Source: Xylographa opegraphella
Taxonomy: Eukaryota
Length of the DNA stretch: 64,000 nucleotides
Direction of reading: 5' to 3'
NCBI GenBank assembly: GCA_022813865.1
Contig: JALDZX010000071.1
Location: 1 to 64,000 of the forward strand
Part shown: positions 52,824-64,000 of the stretch, piece after piece
Layout: each line of letters starts with the position of its first letter
Numbering within the stretch: position 1 is the stretch's first letter
The notes under the pieces: generated by a model
The model's input: only the letters and a program-made list of their open reading frames with translations
What the model was told of the DNA's origin: nothing
Database searches by the model: none
Position numbers and translations under genes: made by a program

Positions 52824-53343
52824 CTACCCAACCCGCTGCGCAAGAACGCAAGCGAGAGAGACAATTTCCCTCTCCGTGAAGCCGTCACAGGATCGCTACC
52901 GTCCATGCCACAGAGTGGGGGATTTGGACGGGAAGCAAGAGTGTGGATTGCAGGAGAGGATGGATGGTTCGTCGAGGTATGGGGAAATAGGCAGAGGATG
53001 GGAGGGGGAGTAGTTATGGTGCGGCGGGCGGCGTTTCACTCTAGCTCTGGATACGGAGACTGGGAGAGGGATAAGTCTCGTTGATATGGGGGAGCTTGGT
53101 GGGAGGGGGGCGCGTTCGGTGGGGGACTCGGTCAGTGATGATTTGCACAGATAGGGGATGCTTGAAAGCGAATCGGGTTGGAGCTCTCAACTATCTAATT
53201 TGCACCATGACTGCTTTTCCCATGTACCAAATAACCACCAACCAACGCCAGCGCAATGCCTCGCTCCCGCTGCCCATGCCAAATTCAACCCACCATCCCC
53301 GAGAGCTGGCCCCACACATCCCCCGCCCCCTCCGCCCCGCAGC

Positions 53344-56300
53344 TCACGCCGGGAACTCATCCTCCAGCCTCAAGCGCGCACTGACGTTCATGCTGAGCAG
53401 TTCCTGAATGAGCAATTTGGCCGCGTACGGGATCGTCATCTTCACGACGCCCTGCGTCTTCTTGCACGTCTGGCAGTAGCCCTGGTAGCCCATCATACCG
53501 CACGAGCCGCAGATATCGACCTGGTGCGCGTCGCTCGACAGCATGAGCCTCTCGAGCAGGAGCTGGGAAGCGCCGTACGCGATGAGGCAGTCGCGCTCCA
53601 TCTCGCCGAGACGGAGGCCGCCGTCGCGGGAGCGACCCTCGGTGGGTTGGCGGGTGAGGATGGCGCGAGGGCCGCGAGCGCGCGAGTGCATCTTGTCTTG
53701 GACCATGTGCTTGAGTTTTTGGTAGTAGATGGGCCCGAAGAAGACGTACGCCGGGAGACTCTCGCCGGTGATACCGCTGGTGACGAAGTCTTTGCCGGAG
53801 TAGCTGAAGCCGTGCTCGATGAGGATGTCGCCCATGTCTTCGACCTTGCTGCCTCCGAAGGCAGTGCCGTACTGCAGTTGCCCCGACATGACACCCGCCT
53901 TCCCGGAAACAAGTTCGAGCATTTTGCCGACCGTCATTCGGGACGGGAAACCATGGGGGTTCATGATGATGTCCGGGACGATGCCTTGGTCGTTGAAGGG
54001 CATGTCTACTTGATCTGCAATGATCCCTACCACCCCTTTCTGACCGTGGCGCGATGAGAACTTGTCACCGATCTCAGGGCGGCGTGTTTGTCGAGTCTGA
54101 ATCTTGATCATCTTGTAATCCTGCTCAGTGGCAGAGAGCATGACTTTGTCTATATAACTGGGATCAGGGAGACGATATGTCATTGGCGTGTCGCGAAACT
54201 CATTCGTGCCGTAGTCGGATCCCAGGCCAGTGGATGCAGTGTTCAGCGGAACTTGCTTCATCATGTATACCTCGCCGGCACTCACCTGTTCACCGACTTG
54301 TGCGAGACCATGTTCGTCAAGCAGGGCGTGCTTCTTGATGGGAGCCCCATTTTCTTCACGACGATCCCCAATACGGTCTTCGGTGCCATTCGGGTACTTG
54401 CGCAACGTGGCAGCATATTTCCGAAAGACTTGACAACGACCGAATCCCCTATCACACGAAGCCTTATTCAGAACGAGCGCGTCTTCGATATCGTAACCCG
54501 AATAACTCATGACAGCCACGATGGCATTCTGGCCGGCAGGAAGCTTGTCGTACTTGATGAGCTCGATGGCTCGTGTCTTGACCATGGGCTTTTGGGGGTA
54601 GACCATCAGGTAGAGTAAGGTGTCGATGCGCAGAAATTGATTGTGCGCTATAGCGCCAATTGCTTGCTTCCCCATAGCACACTGATATGTATTACGGGGT
54701 GACTGATTGTGATGAGGATAGGGAATGAGGCCCGCCACCGCACCGAGTATTGTGAAAGGCTCGATCTCTAAATGTGTGGTTGTCTCATTAATTTCGGTCT
54801 CGTACATGGCTATGTTAGAATCGTTCTCCTCGTTCACATCCAAATACTCGACCAGCCCTCGTGCAAGAAAGTCGTCAAAGTCCATCGAGCCTTTTCTCAA
54901 GGCCTTGAGATACCTCGTGGTGACTCGTGACTTTGATTTTTCCACTACTATCAAGGGTCGACAAATGCGGCCCTCATCCGTGGCGATATGCACTGCGTTA
55001 TGATGATGATTGATGAATATGCTAACAAATTCGGACACTCTCCCCATTCGTCGGAGCTTCCGAAACCCGTCAAGAAACTGCTTGGGTAATCGGGTGAAAG
55101 CCATTGGAGTACCATTGACGAATATGATATATGCCCCTTCGCCGTATAGATCTTTTCCATTTACCGCGGATATGTCTTGCGCGCCCAAGACGAAGACCAG
55201 CCGTCGGACAGGTTCCTCCTCGTCATCGGTCGTGATGTGCGTCATCAGTGCGAGATTCTTCACGAGGCCACAAGCCTCTCCTTCCGGTGTATCAGACGGA
55301 CAGAGCATACCAAATTGTGATGGCTGGAGGGCTCTCGGACCACTGACTTTCCTGGTCTTCTCAAACTGACTTGTAATCCTGGTCATCATGCCCAAGGCAC
55401 TAATGTAGCTCAGACGACTCAGCACATGTGTGACACCGGCTCTGTTCATTCGGAACCGTTTCAGATTCCAGTTGCCGGTCGATATTGCTCGGTTCATACC
55501 GGCAGTTATGTGCTGCGCGTTGGCTTTGATACAAGAGAATGCATCGAATTCTGTACGCACAGGCTTTTTCAAGACCTTGTCAACATTCAGCTTCATGTCG
55601 TTATTGAACTTCTTGAAAAGATCCTCGAAAAGTAAAGACAACAATTGACCAGCCAATTCTAACCTCTTGTTTCCGACGTAATCCCTGTCATCGACGAGAC
55701 TTGGATCTTGCCATGCCATTAAGACCCTTCTTACCATAAATGCTACGTACATCGCTTTTGGCCGAAAGTTAAGATCATGAACAGGAACATGAGTAATGAT
55801 GACCGATGCGAGTGCTTCAAGTGCTTCTTGTGCAAAATTGCGTCTAGGCATGCCAAATCCTATGGGCTTACGCATAATTTTGATCCGAGATCCGAGGTAG
55901 TCCAGCGCCTGCTGCTGAGTATAAATATTCAGCTTAGCACATTCTTCAAAGCTCAAGTAGAACTGATCCTGATATGTTGCATCTTTGCCAGCAACCAACA
56001 ACAGGATTTCATTGTCAGCCGTGATACCCATTGCCTTGAAAATGATGACGATAGGCATATCCTCGGTCAGCACGTTATGCGTGAGATATATACGGTCTTT
56101 CTTCATGATAACGTAGCTCTTGGATTTCCGTTCATGAGTCGAACTATAGGCCGGTTAGCATTGGTAAGAGACAGGGTCCAAAATCATAGGATACCTTGTC
56201 ACTGAAGCTTGGACGATGTCTTTCTTGAGGTCGGACTCCACTATCACCCTGTTTTTGCTCAGCTGCTCTTGAACCAAAATGACCTTCTCTGTTCCATTGA

Positions 56301-57172
56301 CGATAAAGTATCCTCCAGGATCTAGAGGGCACTCATTCAATAAGCTCATATCTCTTTCTGACTTCCTCGATAATGCACAATTGGAACTCCGTAGCATTAT
56401 AGGCAGGCGACCGATGATGACGTTCCTCCTGATTACTCGCGCCTTACTGCGTGAGTACTCGATGTCAACGACAATAGGGGCGGCGTAGGTCATATCTCGT
56501 AGTCTGCATTCGTTCGGCGTTATCGTGGATGGGTCTTGCTGAGTGTACTCTTCGCGCTGTTCCTCAAAACGGCACGGCGTCCCCACGTAAATATTGGTGT
56601 ATCTGAGGTAGAAGGTCGGGTCGACATCACTCAGGACCTGTCGATTTGCCTTGACGATCTTCTTGAGTTCGACCTCGACAAAGAAGTTGAAGGAATCTAT
56701 ATGCTGCTTGACCAACCCTTTCACCTTGAGAAACGCCGGTAGCAAGTTCCATTTATCCTTCTCATGTTAATGCAGGAAGCCAATGTAGTAGGAGACACAC
56801 ACCTTGGCTGTATCGATGGGCTCCGTGAGGGACTTCCCTTGGTAGAACGGCTCGAGGAGAGCGTCAAAGCCCTTCACCAGTGTTATTTGGGGTCGAGCCG
56901 CGCATTAAGGAAGCGAGCTCACATCATCTTGGCGCGTGTTTCGCTGCTGCTTCTCTGGGGCTTCACCACCGCCATCATCCTCAATGAGCTCGATCGGCTC
57001 CGGGGCCAAGGCTTTGCTAGCGGCCTTTGCCCTCTTCGGTGGTTGTTTCTTCTATGGCAATTTTATGAGAGAGTGAGACGATCAGGGTCGGGGTCGCGGT
57101 ACTCACAGGTTGAGAGGCTTGAGTCGTCGGAACCACCTGCACGGGCCCGACTGGTCGCTTCCGTGGGGCCAT
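53344..57172 (-). CDS. RPC2: RNA polymerase III second-largest subunit (5 exons)
   Basis: [19 protein letters not shown] (Pol III-type), [19 protein letters not shown] and [11 protein letters not shown]; three short 5' exons start MAPRKRP. Confidence 0.96.
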
Positions 57173-57445
57173 CGCAACTGAAGGGGTACTGTGAATAAAT
57201 ATCAGATGAGATGGGGGGTGCGAGCGTATGCTTAGTGTGAGAAGGATGCAATAATTGCTTATCCTACCTTAATCCTTGGTGCAGTACCGCTTATCTTAGC
57301 GTAGGGACCGTGCTAGCGCATGGCGACCCTGAAACGGCTTCTTGGCACTCGGCGGCCCCTGCATGATGCCCCCCTTTCCCCTCTCGCCCCTAAATGCAAT
57401 GTCGATGGGGGGGTCTGAAGCCCCTAAACACCTTCTAGGTACCTA

Positions 57446-57475
57446 CTCTCTCTCTCTCTGTCTCTCTCTCTCTCC
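57446..57475 (+). repeat. (CT)n microsatellite in the RPC2/Pumilio divergent intergenic region
   Basis: ctctctctctctctgtctctctctctctcc. Confidence 0.85.
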
Positions 57476-58618
57476 CTCACCGCTTCTTTCACCTTCAGTG
57501 TGGGGTTGAATGATGGCGAGAACACTACGGAGGACCTCTTGACTCTAGATACATGTTCGACGTGGCCCGCGGACGATGATTGGCTCCTGCCTCCCCCGCG
57601 CCTACACAGACTACCGATCTCCTTCGCGCAGGCTCCGTCATAGGCTCAACAAGTCGAAATGCATACATTCCCTTCCCGAACAGTACGGGCCAGTCGCCTC
57701 CTTATCGTGGTGACGGGCGCCCTATCTCAGTCAGAATCGGGAGGAGAGAAGCCGAAGGGTGCGACAGCTGTACGCTTGCACCACGCTGCCAGCAGCAGTT
57801 GCCTGCCACGGCTTTGTGTTCCTAGCCTGTCATCCGGGGGAGTGGGGAAAAGGATGCTGATGGACGGGCTGCAGAGCGCCCAACGGCTCCACCATCGACG
57901 TCTTTGTATCACTCGACTTGGATATCTAGTTTTAGACGAGCATACTTCGTACCGTTGTGTCGGCCAGCAAGTAAGGTGGTCTGGAGACCTTCGATCCATA
58001 AATCACTGGCGCTTGAAGAACAACAACCCACGTTAAGGCGCCACCCCCCAGCTTAAGATGCTTTAGTGATAGCCCCAAAGGGTAGACTAGTCCCTGAACT
58101 CCTGCACTCGGCGCGGCCACGAGCCATCTGAGGCCCATCCCACGAATCCAAAACCCATCATCCCACCTCTTTCTGTGACGCCCTGCCCACCATTGCTTGC
58201 TTCTCCACTGCGCCTGTATGACCGTGTGAGGCTCTGGTCGTTGTACTTGTACTATGAAGCTTTTCCTTTGACCAAAACTTCACTGTATTCTCAGCATCTG
58301 AAGTAGCATCGCGGTTTGCAGGGCGAACCAGATGCGCACTGCATTCATAGTTTTGCTCGGCACATATCCTTAACAACAGAGACATCAATCGATTCGTGGA
58401 CGAATCACTGTAAGTCTCCACAGTGTGGCGTTCCTTCACATCCTCACAGTCCGCGCATTGCTCTATTCACTGGACACCGTGCTACTTCTACCTTTCGTCC
58501 ACCACTCCTTACTTCATCGATCTTTCAACACCCTATTCGTTTGATCTCACACATCGACTCATTTACACCGTCCAAGTACGCTGACAAGAATCATGCAGCC
58601 ATAGAGTAGAGAGAGGTC

Positions 58619-61600
58619 ATGGCTTCCAGCAATTCCTTGAGCAGTCGCCTCGAAGAGCTTCGCTCACGGAACCCTCAATCACCTCCTGGTGAAATCACCT
58701 ATTCTGGTTACAATACCCCCAATCGTTACAGCGGAAGCTTTATGCCCTCTCATTCCCAGCCGGTGTCCAATGACGCAAGGGCCAATCTTCAACGCCGCTT
58801 CACGGCCGATTCAGGAAATGTGCCTACTTTGACACCTATCGGACAACCGAGTCAAGTCATGGATCCCGTGGATATGTATGCTACGGTGAGTACCCCACAC
58901 GCACTGAATGTGCTGCCTGACTGACTGCGTATTCTTAGACGCTCTCTAAAGCTCAAGCGGTAAGCTCACCGTACCTTGGTCCACGTTCACCTTCACGTTC
59001 ACCTGGATGGTGTGTGTGATGGTTTGGCACTGATCTTTTATAGTTGGAGAAAAAGAAGATCGAATACGAGAAGCTACGAGAACAGCGACGTCGTTTTCAG
59101 GCTGAACTGGAGAAGTTTGATCGACAGCAAGCTCTGGAGGAGAAAGAACTGCATCGCATGGCCACTGACCTGCAGGGCCTCAACTTATCAACAGGACACC
59201 AGAGCGAACCAACAACTCCGCCGGAGTACCGAGACCATGTATTTCCATCCATCTACTCTCGCCGGAACCGTTATTCATCTTCCAGTCTGGTCTCTCCACC
59301 CGGAATCAATAATCGGCCTGGGCGATCTGGCTCTCAACTCACTTCTCCACCTACGGAACCCACACAAGCGCAGGCTTCGGAGGAGTTGGACAAGCTGCCC
59401 TCCAAATCTGTTCCTGGCTCACGACGTGGATCCACCGATAGGATTTCCTCGTACTTACCAGAAAACAATCTATCTAGCCAACGATCGTTAGCAAAGTATG
59501 TTAGACATGTCGCTATGGTCGCGCTCTACACCTGTGAAATTTCTTTTGGTTGTAACGCTATTTCCCCTAATTCTATGCATCTATCAACAGAACGCAGTGG
59601 TCTTCATGTTCAGATCTACCTTACATCTGATATCTATATATACACTGCAATTTGTTTCCGAACTTTTGTATCTCATTCTTTTTTGATCCGTACCACCGAT
59701 TACAGTAATGTCGAGCTTGTATGACATGTCTGACATAGAGTAGTAGGACCAACCGCTATTCTATGCCTGTCACCTCTTCCGTGGCCCGGACACGCGACTT
59801 TGTCAGTGACTATGCTTCTGCCATTGGGATGGGTCCCATCAACACGACAGGCTTCCTTTTCGGGGACGACGACGAAAAGCCGTCGATGCAGAAGGAATCG
59901 ACTACATCTCCCGACGTCAAAACCTACCTCCAGATGAACACAACAGACGATAAATTCCCGATTTTGATTCGAAACAACCATCATCCGGGTCTTGTACGGA
60001 TCTCTATGATTCCCCTCATGTTACTGATCATGCTAACGGCTTCACGCAGCTTTCGGCATCTTCAGCTGCATTAGACTTGGCTCTGTCGCAGTCTTCAGGT
60101 CCAGAGCCGCAGGCTAACGGCTGGCCAACATTTGCTCGTCACCGCCCTTCTCAGCAGAGTCTACCGCAGAATGTCTTTGAAGCTCAACAATCCGGTCAAC
60201 AGAGCCTGAACTCTCCTACCAGCAGTTCTCAACAGTCCTTCGATGCCTCTTCTGACTCCCCCACGAGTATTCGTCAGCTTAACAGGCGATCAATGGAGGC
60301 ATCTCTGGCTTCTTATGCCCAGAAAAGTGTATTGAATCAGAACCTGACAAACGGGACAACGCCTATGAGACCATCTTTAGCCAACCTACAGTCTTCCTTC
60401 TCAACCAACGACATTCCCACACTGAAGAATGCAAATGGACTGGCCTCAGCTATCGGGCCGCCCAAGTCTACTGCACAGCAGCAATTTCACAATCACAATG
60501 CCAGCCTCGGTCGGATCCCACCAAGTGCGGTAAATAATCGGCACAGTCGTGAGATCGTCACTGGTGATACGCGACGGGAGGAGCCGACCACGAACGGTTT
60601 CAAGCAATCACAGTCAGACTTACAAGCTAGCGCAGCTCCTTTCGGCCCATCTATGCCTGCGTCGATGCCTACGTCTATGCCCGTATCTGTACCGTCTGAT
60701 CCCCTTGGTGGTCCTATGTCTCCATCTTCTATCAACCAGTATCCTGGAGGTGCATACTATGGGGGTTATGGCATGCAGTTGATGAATATGGGAATGACTC
60801 CAGTGCAAATGGGCGGGCACATGGGTTATGCCAGCCAGCTGTCTCTCTATCAAGCGCAAACCCAGTATTCACCGTATTCTCAATACGGACAGCAACCGCG
60901 CTTTCAGGATAGTCAGGCAAGGGTGATACAGCAGCGACGTTTACAAAATGTCGAAGGTATATTCGTCCAATCACTAGGCAGTCTGTAGCAGATTATTGAC
61001 AATTTGATAGATGTGGCTCGTTTTACGAACACCAAGATTGAGAATTATCAAGGAGACATTTATGCTCTCTGTAAAGATCAGCATGGCTGCCGCTATCTGC
61101 AAAAACAATTGGAAGGCCGCAATCCTGACACAATTCGTCTCATCTTTGCTGAGACTAACCAGCACGTGGTTGAGCTCATGACAGGTAGTCTTTACATTTC
61201 ACTCTTAATCCAGGATGCCTAACTCATATGTCCGTAGATCCATTCGGCAACTACCTTTGCCAGAAGTTGTTAGAATACTCCAACGATGATCAGCGCACGG
61301 TCCTCATCAATAACGCTGCACCTCAGATGGTGAAAATTGCACTCAATCAGCACGGCACCCGTGCTCTACAGAAAATGATCGAGTTCATCTCAACACCGGA
61401 ACAGGTAATGACATTGATAACTATCACGCTTTACCCTACTAATCCCTTTATAGATTCAGACTATCATTCATGCTCTCAAAGATCGTGTCGTTGAACTCAT
61501 CAAGGACCTCAACGGCAATCACGTCATCCAGAAATGTCTCAATCGACTAACCCCAGAAGATGCTCAGGTATGATCCATCTGCCCCTTGTCAACATCATCG

Positions 61601-62506
61601 CTGACTTTTGATAAGTTCATCTTCGATGCAGTTGGAACCAATTGCGTCGTCGTCGGTACACACCGCCACGGGTGCTGCGTATTGCAGCGTTGCATCGATC
61701 ATGCTTCGGGCTACCAGAAGGCCCAACTGATCAGTCAGATCACCGAAAATGCCTTTTCGCTTGTACAAGATCCGTTCGGAAATTATGTTTTGCAGTACAT
61801 CGTCGATCTTGCCGAACCTGTCTTTACCAACCCATTATGCTACAGTTTTCAGAGCAGCATCCCAGCACTTTCGAAGCAGAAGTTCAGCTCCAACGTCATT
61901 GAGAAGTGCCTTCGTGGTTCCGAACCTCAAATCACCACGATGATGATTGAGGAGATGCTCAATGCGAATGAATTGGAAAAGATGTTGCGAGATTCCTTTG
62001 CCAACTATGTTGTCCAGACTGCATTAGATTACGCTGATGCAGAGACGAGAACTCGTCTTGTGGAAGCAATTCGTCCGATCCTTCCCGCAATCCGTCAGAC
62101 GCCGTATGGACGGCGCATCCAGAGTAAAATCTTGGGAGCAGAAGGTCAAGATCAGCTTAGTGGTGTATCTACCCCACATGATATTTCGTCGCCCGGGCAG
62201 CTCCCGGTCGGGCGTCAGTTGTCTACCGTACCAGGGACATTCGGAGCTCAAGGAGCCGGGATCCAGCAGTACACAAACGGATTATACACAAACACCAATC
62301 AGAATGTATATGGAACTAATGGAATGAACAGCGCTGCGCAGTATACTCCACTCACTTCTCCAAACCCCAGCACGCAGGGTCATCGACTGAGTAACGGGTC
62401 ATCCACATACAATCACTTCAGTCCTGTAACGAGCCAGAATTCTGTACATCAACCTGTTCCGCTTTACGGCCGTGTCGGGCAGACAAACGGATTCAACTAC
62501 TTCTGA
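58619..62506 (+). CDS. Pumilio/PUF RNA-binding protein, Puf4-like (multi-exon, including a 21-nt exon at 58939-58959)
   Basis: PUF repeats DQHGCRYLQK, DPFGNYLCQK, NQHGTRALQK, DLNGNHVIQK, HRHGCCVLQR, DPFGNYVLQY, QKFSSNVIEK and DSFANYVVQT; long low-complexity N-terminus. Confidence 0.93.
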
Positions 62507-63816
62507 GAGGCTTCCTTAGGGATCATCGCAGGTACTTCACGAATATCATGACGCAACGGCCATTGAGAAGCATTAAATGTATCACAACAAGCATCAATAA
62601 TGAAAGTATTTTTTAGATTCACACTGACGACTCCGGCGGACTCGAGGATATGAGCAATCTATGTGGCAAAACGTACCGAATCACCGAAGCCATGTGCGGC
62701 TTGTCTTACTCTGCCGATTGGAGTAATCTCGAGGGTTTTGTCTGCCATATTCACCGATCTACTGCCGGCTTTCCTTGCTGTACTTCTACAATTCTTGACG
62801 CGGGCTCAAAACACGCATTGCCTGCAGTGTTCATCTGTTCGCCTCATGTGTGCGTCGAAGAGACCGATCACACCCACCATGTCCTGCGCTTAAAGAAATC
62901 AGAAACCACACTTGCCGAGGACATTCGGGCGCAGTAGGCCAACGTCCCGTCAATAGTGCAAAAAGCTGAACTTATTTTGTTTTTTTTTCTTTCTTACCTT
63001 TCCTCTCTTCTCTTCTCTTCTCTTCTGCAGCCATTGGGCTCTGCACGCTTTGGGCTCTTGCTAGCGTAGCTATTGTCTTGCTATTGAGCTACTGGTGGTG
63101 GTCCTTTTGGCGGATGGACGATGGACGCACAAATGGACGGATGGATAGTCCCCCCCAGGCTTGTATCTAGCAGAGCAATTACAGTAACTTCCGGTTGCTA
63201 TGACCGATTAACTCCCGCTCCATGCATGGGTTTGGGTTCGTTTGCAAACGTCGCGTGTGGCATGTATGACTGTAGTATCCACGCGTTTGCCGTTGGGGCG
63301 GTGGAGAGATGTCTTCCACCCAGTTCGATTCCCCAGCCCTCATGTATGCAAATACACTAAAAGTCTCACCCCCGTCACTATAGAACTATTCGTAGACTTG
63401 CCCTCTACTGATATATTTAGAATCCACACGGACACCAAGCACCTACAAAATCACAAGCACGTCTCGAGTCACCAACCCTTTCGTCGACCCATGAGATTTT
63501 GCCATTACTCTCCACTACCAACTATAGAAACATAGACGAAAACACTCGTGGTAGGAAACAGCTACGGAGGAGGGGAAACAACATCGCCGCACGTAAAGCC
63601 GATCGCTATGACATAGCCGCCGGAAGCGCTGCGGAGCGAAGCGTCGCCTCCCCCCTTCGCTTCGGCGTATGGATGCAAAGATGTGCCACGCAACGGGCCG
63701 TATGGGAGCCATCACATCACGCGGCCTTGACTCGACTTGCCGCAAGTCCGCCTTTCTGCGAGCGATTTCATCCCACCGTCTAACAAATTCTCACCGTCCA
63801 CCTTTCCCCATCAAAC

Positions 63817-64000
63817 CTAATATCCCCCACCCGCAGCGCCGCCTTCCCCGCTTAATCGTCCCAGATGCCCCTCCGCCAACTCGCTCCTCAAGGCCTCCCT
63901 GCCCGCCTCGCGCTCACTCTTCTCCCACTCCCTCAAGCCTGCGCGCTTGATGCGCTGCTTCTCCTCGATGACGTCGAGTAGCTTCTTGCGGTCCTCCTCC
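63817..64000 (-). CDS. 3' end of a hypothetical coiled-coil protein (runs off the window)
   Basis: Open frame EEDRKKLLDVIEEKQRIKRAGLREWEKSEREAGREALRSELAEGHL...GGGY* with strong GC3 bias. Confidence 0.7.
   Translation of the reverse strand, partial: EEDRKKLLDVIEEKQRIKRAGLREWEKSEREAGREALRSELAEGHLGRLSGEGGAAGGGY

Noticed and set aside
62507..63400. UGUA motifs in the Pumilio 3' region as autoregulatory sites
   Set aside because: Short motifs at about background frequency, and the UTR end is unknown.

Overview
This is gene-dense, intron-containing genomic DNA from a filamentous ascomycete (Pezizomycotina-type GTRNGT/CTRAC/YAG introns; the species cannot be determined from the sequence). Recognisable genes, in order: ABCG half-transporter, DUF4097-like type II membrane protein, ORC5, CHZ1, BET1 (missed by the ORF track), APC15, HSP70, EMI1/DUF3128, YME2, LicD/MNN4-like transferase, GLT1, GH79 hydrolase, ACC-synthase-like PLP enzyme, ACBP-domain protein, BTB protein, SDR, acid sphingomyelinase, RPC2/RET1, a Pumilio (Puf4-like) protein, and the 3' end of one more gene. 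Four features stand out as unexplained. (1) A co-oriented cluster of four orphan ORFs lies between APC15 and HSP70; three are diverged Gly/Ser/Arg/His-rich paralogues ending in S-x-R-S-x-W-stop, and one is split by a single in-frame TAG. (2) A tRNA-headed, Pol III-type structured RNA candidate at about 52.1-52.3 kb does not fold as a normal tRNA. (3) An intron of the Pumilio gene has a 5' splice site that can base-pair with its branch point over 15-16 nt. (4) Sharp GC-rich islands fall at several gene 3' ends. All gene models and family calls were made by eye, without database searches.
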